A DNA stretch of 30,092 nucleotides from the IMG/VR virus record IMGVR_UViG_3300036819_000070; one strand, given 5' to 3'. Below the pieces are notes generated by a model. That model saw only the letters and a program-made list of their open reading frames with translations. It ran no database searches and was not told the origin of the DNA. This stretch comes from a virus (Duplodnaviria > Heunggongvirae > Uroviricota > Caudoviricetes). Both the position numbers and the translations under genes were made by a program. Shown piece by piece: positions 24,755-30,092 of this stretch; position 1 is the first letter of the stretch, and each line of letters opens with the position of its first letter.

Positions 24755-24987
24755 GCCCACTCGACCGGCAAGCGCGTGACCCGTGGGGCCGCGCCGTCAT
24801 CCCCTTCGCCCTCATCGAAATGGTCGCCTCGCTCGGGCTGCTCTACTACCTCGGGTACATCCGCGAGTCCCGGTTCCTGTGGCTCTCCTGGCTACTATGG
24901 GCCGCGCTATCCACGCTCGTCGTCGCCCTGGCCGCCATCATCACCTACCGGATCACCAGCGACGGCAATGACCGACCCGAACACTGA
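24751..24987 (+). CDS. two-TM membrane protein
   Basis: ATGA overlap; two hydrophobic segments. Confidence 0.7.
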   Translation: MSPLDRQARDPWGRAVIPFALIEMVASLGLLYYLGYIRESRFLWLSWLLWAALSTLVVALAAIITYRITSDGNDRPEH

Positions 24988-25162
24988 CCGGCTCTGCGAA
25001 GCGTTCCACGACCTACCAGCGTCAGCGTTCCCGTTCACGCTCGTGTTCGTCGCCGACCGCACCGGCCGCACCGTCCACCACATCCGCGTCAAAGGACCCG
25101 GACTGATCGAGATACCCGCACTCGCACCCAAACACGGCCCCATCACCGTGCACATCCGGTAG
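24968..25162 (+). CDS. hypothetical protein
   Basis: ATG 24968 within ORF 24776..25162; MTDPNTDRLCEAFHDLP...; 64 aa. Confidence 0.55.
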   Translation: MTDPNTDRLCEAFHDLPASAFPFTLVFVADRTGRTVHHIRVKGPGLIEIPALAPKHGPITVHIR

Positions 25163-25175
25163 GTAAGCTCACCCG

Positions 25176-25415
25176 GTGCTCACCATAAGCGGGCCCGTGG
25201 TAATCACCACCCAAGTACACACCCTCGCCGAACTACGCGCCTTCCTCGAACTGTGCGAACTCACCCAACTGGACTTCGATGCGCCCCTACGCGTACAGAC
25301 ACGCCTCGGTGTCCCCGGCTGGCTCGACAAAGTCACCGTGAAAAGCAACACCATCGCGCCGGCACACGTCTCACCACCCGAGCCCCGATACTCACCCGTC
25401 GCGAGCCGGCCATGA
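25176..25415 (+). CDS. hypothetical protein
   Basis: 79 aa; coupled to the next gene by ATGA. Confidence 0.6.
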   Translation: MLTISGPVVITTQVHTLAELRAFLELCELTQLDFDAPLRVQTRLGVPGWLDKVTVKSNTIAPAHVSPPEPRYSPVASRP

Positions 25416-25651
25416 CGCTCATCGACTGGCACAGCATCAGCCCAGCCGAAGCGGTCCAACGCGACCTTGACCTCACCGTGCGCCTCGACATCACCGCACC
25501 CCACAACGAGATGGGGGAACGCTGCCCCTGGCCCTGGGATCCCCAACAACTCGTCGGCGCCCCCATCGGCCAATACCACTGCCGGTACTGCGGCGCGATG
25601 GTCCTAGCCGGTATCCCCCACATCGACTACGGACAGGACCCCGCCGCGTGA
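25412..25651 (+). CDS. Zn-binding hypothetical protein
   Basis: ATG 25412; CPWPW...GQYHCRYCGAMVLAG..H motif. Confidence 0.65.
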   Translation: MTLIDWHSISPAEAVQRDLDLTVRLDITAPHNEMGERCPWPWDPQQLVGAPIGQYHCRYCGAMVLAGIPHIDYGQDPAA

Positions 25652-25851
25652 ACCCCGTGCACCCCGACGTCATCCGCGACGTCGACAGTGTCATCGCCTC
25701 AGCCCTACTCGACGGTCGCGTGATCAGCGAACAATGGCGCGACACCCTCATTCGGATAGCGAACGGTGACATCGAAGTCGAAGACGTCATCGCCGAGATC
25801 CACGCCGAACTAGACCGAACCCACCCAGACCGGCACTCACAAACCAGCTAA
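25648..25851 (+). CDS. small helical hypothetical protein
   Basis: GTGA overlap; 67 aa; last gene of the plus-strand operon. Confidence 0.6.
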   Translation: MNPVHPDVIRDVDSVIASALLDGRVISEQWRDTLIRIANGDIEVEDVIAEIHAELDRTHPDRHSQTS

Positions 25852-26061
25852 CGGGCCCCGTGGGTGCAACACCGTGGTCACTGCGGCGGCGACTACCACA
25901 CAAACCACGCCGGCCACAAACCACACCGCGCGCCTCGGCCGCTTCGGCTGCGACTGACCGAACCCGTCTAACAGCTGCTGCACCTCATCGCAGATGGCCT
26001 CCATACGGTCCGCTGCCCGCCCAACTGCCAGCTGCGCAGCTTCCTTCGCCTCGCCCACCAT
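25837..26061 (-). CDS. small C-terminally anchored membrane protein
   Basis: ATG 26061 with RBS GGGGAAGG; helical N-terminus plus one hydrophobic segment. Confidence 0.55.
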   Translation of the reverse strand: MVGEAKEAAQLAVGRAADRMEAICDEVQQLLDGFGQSQPKRPRRAVWFVAGVVCVVVAAAVTTVLHPRGPLAGL

Positions 26062-26089
26062 TACCTTCCCCCTCGCCGGGTGCACCGGC

Positions 26090-26152
26090 GTTTAGAGCCC
26101 GTTTAGAGCACCCTCGTTTGCGCTGGTCACCCTCACCAGCCAGGTTTAGAGC
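26090..26152. repeat. three GTTTAGAGC direct repeats flanking a 16-bp element also found at 29286
   Basis: Copies at 26090, 26101 and 26144; CGTTTGCGCTGGTCAC at 26115-26130 is identical to 29286-29301. Confidence 0.7.
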
Positions 26153-26154
26153 CG

Positions 26155-26340
26155 TCACGCAAGCTCCCCAAGATCACCGATCGCGACCCAAGCCATCCGC
26201 GCCCGAACGGTCTCGAAGTTCCCCGTGCGGGCTTGCTCGGCAAGCTCCTCAAAGCTGAGCCCCGATCGCTCCAGGGTCCGACGAACAGCCTCACGCAAGT
26301 CGTCCTCGTCGGCCACGACGACATCCGGCCGCTCAGACAA
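26155..26340 (-). CDS. small helical hypothetical protein
   Basis: TTG 26340 overlaps the upstream stop; MSERPDVVVADEDDLREAVRRTLERSGLSFEELAEQARTGNFETVRARMAWVAIG. Confidence 0.6.
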   Translation of the reverse strand: MSERPDVVVADEDDLREAVRRTLERSGLSFEELAEQARTGNFETVRARMAWVAIGDLGELA

Positions 26341-26512
26341 CGCGGCGCACGAGCACAATCGTCAGAGGCGAACCAACCGCATCCCACGTAGCACCACACC
26401 CCGGTGCGCCGGCATCCTCAGGATCCGGGGTCACACACTCCGCACCCTCCTCCGAGCACCACACCCGGCCCACACCGCAGTACGGGCACAACAACGGTCG
26501 GCCAGCACCCAT
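26333..26512 (-). CDS. 59-aa Zn-ribbon protein
   Basis: Manual translation MGAGRPLLCPYCGVGRVWCSEEGAECVTPDPEDAGAPGCGATWDAVGSPLTIVLVRRVV; TGATG overlap with the upstream gene. Confidence 0.65.
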   Translation of the reverse strand: MGAGRPLLCPYCGVGRVWCSEEGAECVTPDPEDAGAPGCGATWDAVGSPLTIVLVRRVV

Positions 26513-26901
26513 CAGCGCTGCCCCGCCACCAGCTGCCGCAACAGCGCCCCATGTTCGTCATGTAGCTGCTGGAGCAACGTCAACGCCTGGGCGTTGACCT
26601 CGTAATCATGCTCAGCGGACAACCGGTCATGCTCAGCGGTCCGATTCTGTGACAACAGGATCAACGGCGCCGCGTAAGCCGCCTGCGTCGAAAACGCCAA
26701 GTTCAAAAGGATAAACGGGTACGGATCCCACTGCCGAATGACCGCGACCACATTCAACACAATCCACAACGTGACGAAAACCGTTTGGATAATGATGAAC
26801 CGCCAACTCCCGAACCCCCCAGTAACCGAGTCCGCGGCCCGTTGACCGAAATCCCTTTTATCGCGCAGCACGACATTCGCTGGATGCCTATGCAAAGTCA
26901 C
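26512..26901 (-). CDS. DUF1003-like membrane protein
   Basis: GTG 26901 with RBS GGGGGAGG; ADSVTGGFGSWRFII...WDPYPFILLNLAFSTQAAYAAPLILLSQNR is the DUF1003 signature. Confidence 0.9.
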   Translation of the reverse strand: MTLHRHPANVVLRDKRDFGQRAADSVTGGFGSWRFIIIQTVFVTLWIVLNVVAVIRQWDPYPFILLNLAFSTQAAYAAPLILLSQNRTAEHDRLSAEHDYEVNAQALTLLQQLHDEHGALLRQLVAGQR

Positions 26902-26983
26902 GATCAACCTCCCCCAATTCGACCGCAACCCGGCCGGAAACCCGACCGAACCCCACACTAACCAACCCCGAACCCAATGAGCG

Positions 26984-27217
26984 TTAATCCGTCCGCGTCC
27001 CCAGGTAGGCATAGGCAAACGAGTTATTTGGCCGAGCCGAACGGCGCTCATACACAGCGACCAGCCCCGGCGAGACGACCTCCTCAGCGACCGGAAACAA
27101 AGACGGTGCCCCCAGCGGAACTGGGAACCGCCACAAAAAAGGTGGAGCGCCATGCCAGCGAACCGTTCTCCCGCTCTCCGGACCTCCAAAGAACACCAAC
27201 TCGCACGCCGTCGCCAT
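26984..27217 (-). CDS. small hypothetical protein
   Basis: 77 aa with LVFFGGPESG motif (GGP-x-x-G type common in phage microproteins); starts 5 nt after tRNA-Glu. Confidence 0.6.
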   Translation of the reverse strand: MATACELVFFGGPESGRTVRWHGAPPFLWRFPVPLGAPSLFPVAEEVVSPGLVAVYERRSARPNNSFAYAYLGTRTD

Positions 27218-27222
27218 TTCGG

Positions 27223-27295
27223 TACCCCCAGCGGGATTCGAACCCGCGCCACCGCTGTGAAAGAGCGGAATCCTAGGCCGCTAGACGATAGGGAT
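27223..27295 (-). tRNA. tRNA-Glu(TTC)
   Basis: Minus strand ATCCCTA-TC-GTCTAGCGGCCTAGGAT-T-CCGCT-CTTTCAC-AGCGG-TGGC-GCGGG-TTCGAAT-CCCGC-TGGGGGT-A; D-arm matches actinobacterial tRNA-Glu; acceptor stem has two G:U pairs. Confidence 0.85.
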
Positions 27296-27451
27296 CAAAG
27301 GCACCCAGTCAACTACCTGCTCATCCGAGAACACCTCCACCGTCAACCCGCTGTTAGGTGTCCAGTACGTAAGTACCCAAGGATCCTTGAAATCGCCCTC
27401 AGGAAAATGTTGAGCCACGAAACCGTCAGGACTCATCCGCGCCTGGCGCAT
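27281..27451 (-). CDS. 56-aa hypothetical protein overlapping the tRNA-Glu 5' end
   Basis: Strong RBS GAGGAGGAG; MRQARMSPDGFVAQHFPEGDFKDPWVLTYWTPNSGLTVEVFSDEQVVDWVPLIPIV; stop TAG is tRNA nt 13-15. Confidence 0.6.
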   Translation of the reverse strand: MRQARMSPDGFVAQHFPEGDFKDPWVLTYWTPNSGLTVEVFSDEQVVDWVPLIPIV

Positions 27452-27834
27452 CACTCCTCCTCCTCAGCCCAACCGACGAACCCGACTCGACGTAGCAGGA
27501 GCAGCCGGCGCCGTAGGAGGCGCATCATCAGCGTCAGGCCCAGCACTATCGTCATCATCGTTAACACTGCCCGACCCATTACACATCGGGCACGCGAACC
27601 CAAGCCCAACGTTACCCGACCCGTGACACCTCGGGCACCTCTTTTTCCGGCGCACCAATCCCCCGCTCGATTAAGATGGCGATCGGAATCCGCGTCAGCG
27701 GCATCCTCCGAAGGGAACCCCACACCCGACTCACCACACGAACACGACCACACAAAACCAGCCGGCAAAACCCGGCCCTGCGACGACCGCTCACCCTCAG
27801 CAGCCGGCCCCCACACCAACACATCGTGCGCCAT
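27451..27834 (-). CDS. hypothetical protein with H...CSC...H motif (3' part overlaps the DnaJ-finger ORF)
   Basis: MAHDVLVWGP...FVWSCSCGESG..F.SE.AA....DRHL looks like a small Zn-binding domain; the C-terminal half may be spurious read-through. Confidence 0.35.
   Translation of the reverse strand: MAHDVLVWGPAAEGERSSQGRVLPAGFVWSCSCGESGVGFPSEDAADADSDRHLNRAGDWCAGKRGARGVTGRVTLGLGSRARCVMGRAVLTMMTIVLGLTLMMRLLRRRLLLLRRVGFVGWAEEEE
27464..27658 (-). CDS. DnaJ-type CxxCxGxG zinc-finger microprotein
   Basis: CPRCHGSG...CPMCNGSG followed by an acidic/Pro-Ala tail. Confidence 0.65.
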   Translation of the reverse strand: MVRRKKRCPRCHGSGNVGLGFACPMCNGSGSVNDDDDSAGPDADDAPPTAPAAPATSSRVRRLG

Positions 27835-28007
27835 GGTCACGCACAATAGCCGCACCACTACAGGCAATCACAAACGCATCGTGACCAGGCAACATCGGCC
27901 AGTTAAACAGTCAATCCTCCACCCGAATCACCCCAAAAACGCACAGTCACCAACCAACATCGGCCAGTCAATAGCAAGATCAAACCGATTCCGCCATTTT
28001 TCATTCT

Positions 28008-28060
28008 GGAGAGAGAAAGGCGGAGATGCTACGCATGTGTGTGTTTGGATGGTCTAAAAA
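28008..28060 (-). other. candidate cos/packaging-site region
   Basis: Minus strand TTTTTAGACC...CCGCCTTTCTCTCTCC lies between HNH and terS, at the edge of a repeat array; resembles sequence context recalled near cos ends of actinophages (not verified). Confidence 0.35.
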
Positions 28061-28080
28061 TCCGGATTGTCCTTTTTGAC

Positions 28081-28620
28081 TGTGTGTTATCACCTGTTTG
28101 GCCTATTGACATGTGACCACCCCGGAATTACCACCCATTTGGCCTATTGATTGTGTGCTACAATTGGAATACATCACCTGATCGTGTGTTTGACATTACC
28201 AATCGTGTCATACGTATCACACGAATGGCCTATTGCATTGGACGTGTATGTGTGTGTGATTGCACAACGTGACTATTGCATTGTGTGTCGTGGTGTGTGT
28301 GTCCGTTGTGTGTGGATAGTGTACCCATGTGGCCTAGTGTGTGTGGCTGTGTGTGTGGTGGTGTGTGCTGTGGGTTATCACCTGTGTGGAGTATTGCATT
28401 GTGAGCACTAGGCCATGTGGTGGTAATTGTATGTGTGCATACCATTACTGTATGTGGTGTCACTGTGTGTGTACAATATCCGATACTGTGTGTGCACGTG
28501 TGTGCACCACGTGGTCACTATGTGTTGGTAATTGTATGTGTGCATACCATTACTGTATGTGGTGGTACTGTATGTAGCTATTGCCCCACATACCACCCGT
28601 ATGCACAGGTCACGGGCTCG
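28081..28620. repeat. TG-skewed, lower-GC repeat region
   Basis: TGGCCTA(T/G)TG at about 28099, 28140, 28226 and 28330, plus an inverted copy at 28406-28415; exact 39-bp duplication at 28421-28459 and 28526-28564; long (TG)n-like tracts. Confidence 0.85.
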
Positions 28621-28674
28621 TATCTGTCACACCATGCGGGTATTGTGGGTAGTGAGTAGTCGAACCCTAGCCAG
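28618..28674 (+). promoter_or_regulatory. putative promoter plus start-associated motif copy 1
   Basis: TCGTAT-17bp-TATTGT (28641-46) with GTATCTGTCACA over the -35/spacer; CGAACCCTAGCCAG at 28661-28674 directly before the RBS GGAGG. Confidence 0.55.
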
Positions 28675-28682
28675 GAGGAACA

Positions 28683-28973
28683 ATGCGCGGGATCAATTGT
28701 GATCGTTGCTGTGGTCGCCTGTACAACGTTGCTGACATATGCGCGACCTGTGCAGGCGAGCTACAGCCAGCACACGCGCTAGCCGCAGCATGCGGTAGTG
28801 AGGCCGCTAGCCTGCCTGAGTGGGTCCGTATGGCGCGCGTGCACCACGCGTGTGTGAACGGGTCAGCTAACCCGGATTGCCCCACAGGGCTGCACACGCG
28901 GGTACCGCTACTGGCCATGGGTGCGATGCTGGCACGTAAGCGGCAGGCGTTGGTTACCAGCGTCGCGAGGTGA
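28683..28973 (+). CDS. Cys-rich (Zn-binding) hypothetical protein
   Basis: RBS AGGAGG; CDRC...CATC and HHAC..GSANPDCPT motifs. Confidence 0.7.
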   Translation: MRGINCDRCCGRLYNVADICATCAGELQPAHALAAACGSEAASLPEWVRMARVHHACVNGSANPDCPTGLHTRVPLLAMGAMLARKRQALVTSVAR

Positions 28974-29274
28974 CCACAACCGCGCGGAGTCGTTGCCGTT
29001 GCAGGTGGCGCACTCGGTTGCCTTCCGACGCGTTGCAACCCCTATGCGCGGGTGCGAGGTTACCGGGGTCGGTTGGGTCGCCACCTTGCTCCAGTCCGAT
29101 TATGTGGTGCGCGGTACCGGCTAGCCGGTGGAGCGGCATGACACGCGTGAACGCGTAGTTAATTGACTTTCCGCATAGGTAACACGGGGTGAGGTTGTAT
29201 TCACCGTCTGCCATGCATTGCGCCTGTATTCGGCGCCATTTGGAGCCATTGCGGCCCGGACCACTGCTGACCAT
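28954..29274 (-). CDS. HNH endonuclease (packaging-associated, HK97 gp74-like)
   Basis: KWRRI...CYLCG...TAHHII....GGDPTDPGNLAPAHRGCN..EGNR; co-oriented with and upstream of the terminase genes. Confidence 0.9.
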   Translation of the reverse strand: MVSSGPGRNGSKWRRIQAQCMADGEYNLTPCYLCGKSINYAFTRVMPLHRLAGTAHHIIGLEQGGDPTDPGNLAPAHRGCNASEGNRVRHLQRQRLRAVVVTSRRW

Positions 29275-29285
29275 GGATTATCACC

Positions 29286-29363
29286 CGTTTGCGCTGGTCA
29301 CGCGGTTGTATCTGTCACAGTTGCGCGTAGTGTTGGGTCTGTACACCGAACCCTAGCCAGAAT
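29286..29363 (+). promoter_or_regulatory. putative promoter plus start-associated motif copy 2
   Basis: TTGTAT-16bp-TAGTGT (29328-33) with the same GTATCTGTCACA (29308-29319); CGAACCCTAGCCAG at 29347-29360. Confidence 0.55.
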
Positions 29364-29373
29364 GGTGATCATC

Positions 29374-29529
29374 ATGGCCAGTTTCACTCACACGAAACAC
29401 CACGGAACCCGCGTGCACGCAAGCATAGGCGAAAGTTTCCGGTACACCGTGGCCGTGTTCGTTGCAGGCGCTATCGCTAGTCCGGTCGCTATCTACGTCC
29501 TGCCAGTGATCCTGAGCCACGGCCACTAA
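29374..29529 (+). CDS. small single-TM protein
   Basis: MASFTHTKHHGTRVHASIGESFRYTVAVFVAGAIASPVAIYVLPVILSHGH; start placed after the motif and GGTGA RBS-like sequence. Confidence 0.6.
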   Translation: MASFTHTKHHGTRVHASIGESFRYTVAVFVAGAIASPVAIYVLPVILSHGH

Positions 29530-29546
29530 GCGACGTCCGCACCACC

Positions 29547-29560
29547 CGAACCCTAGCCAG
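29547..29560 (+). promoter_or_regulatory. start-associated motif copy 3
   Basis: CGAACCCTAGCCAG 13 nt upstream of ATG 29574; an 18-bp match with copy 2. Confidence 0.7.
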
Positions 29561-29573
29561 AATTGAGGCGATC

Positions 29574-29816
29574 ATGGCCGACACGTTCATCGCTCACCGT
29601 TGGTACGCACGCGATGGTTATGAGGAGTGCCACGCGTGCGGCTTGCTGTGCGAGGTTACCGACACAACGCCTATCGATGATCAACCGTATCCGCTGCACT
29701 GTGGTCCGGAGTCGCAGTGCCCCGTGTTGGGTGAGGACGGCCGTAGCCAGGCGCACCACCTGATCGGTGCTGTGGGTGGTCTTGAGTGCTATTACTGCGG
29801 CAAGCATTACAGCTAG
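29574..29816 (+). CDS. Cys/His-rich (Zn-finger) microprotein
   Basis: H..W...CHACG...C...HH...CYYCG; RBS GAGG. Confidence 0.7.
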   Translation: MADTFIAHRWYARDGYEECHACGLLCEVTDTTPIDDQPYPLHCGPESQCPVLGEDGRSQAHHLIGAVGGLECYYCGKHYS

Positions 29817-29873
29817 GCCATTAGGGGCGCCGAACGGTCGCCCGTGTTCTCACGATTTTTTCGGAGCCCAGTT

Positions 29874-30092
29874 ATGAAACGACCACTTGACGGGATAGTC
29901 GGTAACCGCCGTGTGTGTGAGCAACTAGGAGACCTAGCGGACGCTGCGAGGGCACGCGGTCGCACGACAACAGACCACATTGCGCTGATCGGTGCGGGTG
30001 GCCTAGGCAAGACGTACGTAGCGGAAGAGTTTGCCGCGCGGCTAGGTGTGCCGTTCCGTCGGACTAACTCAGCGACAGTGAAGACCATACCG
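29874..30092 (+). CDS. RuvB-like AAA+ ATPase (partial, N-terminus)
   Basis: Manual translation MKRPLDGIVGNRRVCEQLGDLADAARARGRTTTDHIALIGAGGLGKTYVAEEFAARLGVPFRRTNSATVKTIP; aligns by eye to the RuvB N-terminus (..GQ..V.EQL....A...R....DH.LL.GPPGLGKT...A.ELG); RBS GGAG. Confidence 0.7.
   Translation, partial: MKRPLDGIVGNRRVCEQLGDLADAARARGRTTTDHIALIGAGGLGKTYVAEEFAARLGVPFRRTNSATVKTIP

Noticed and set aside
26090-26152. GTTTAGAGC repeats resembling the start of type II-A CRISPR repeats (GTTTTAGAGC)
   Set aside because: Only 9 bp, irregular spacing (11 and 43 bp), no full-length repeats or spacers, no cas genes.
27223-27295. tRNA-Glu as a prophage attachment site (attL/attR)
   Set aside because: Phage-like genes continue on both sides, there is no duplicated 3' tRNA fragment and no integrase in the window.
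27152-28057. 301-aa plus-strand ORF
   Set aside because: R/P/S/H-rich shadow spanning tRNA-Glu and several better-supported minus-strand genes.
28151-28659. Cys/Val-rich or His/Thr-rich ORFs in the TG-rich region
   Set aside because: Compositions are direct by-products of (TG)n/(CA)n low complexity; no RBS; ORFs occur in several frames on both strands.

Overview
The whole 30 kb window looks like a tailed (siphovirus-type, HK97-fold) phage or prophage of a high-GC actinobacterial host. No host housekeeping genes, integrase or lysis genes are visible, so free phage versus prophage cannot be decided. The minus strand carries a nearly complete morphogenesis operon read right to left: terS, terL, portal, prohead protease, major capsid, neck genes, major tail protein, tail assembly chaperone with a probable -1 frameshift, a short tape measure, Dit-like and hub (DUF5047-like) proteins, then at least 10 fibre, spike or adhesin-like genes running off the left edge. 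To the right of terS lie about 5 kb of small genes: a translationally coupled plus-strand operon rich in membrane proteins and a minus-strand cluster containing tRNA-Glu. Further right are a repeat-rich non-coding region that probably holds the cos/packaging site, an HNH nuclease, small plus-strand genes sharing a 14-bp start-associated motif, and a partial RuvB-like AAA+ ATPase. The most unusual elements are: (i) a 399-aa Gly/Ser/aromatic low-complexity protein between the tail chaperone and the tape measure; (ii) two tandem tRNA-Gln genes on the antisense strand between portal and protease; (iii) a long, strongly base-paired 5' leader behind a palindrome-overlapped promoter; (iv) the start-associated motif; and (v) paralogous 20-aa-repeat 'MARAGRS.PNRAH' proteins in an expanded appendage cluster. 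All family assignments come from motif recognition by eye, not database searches.
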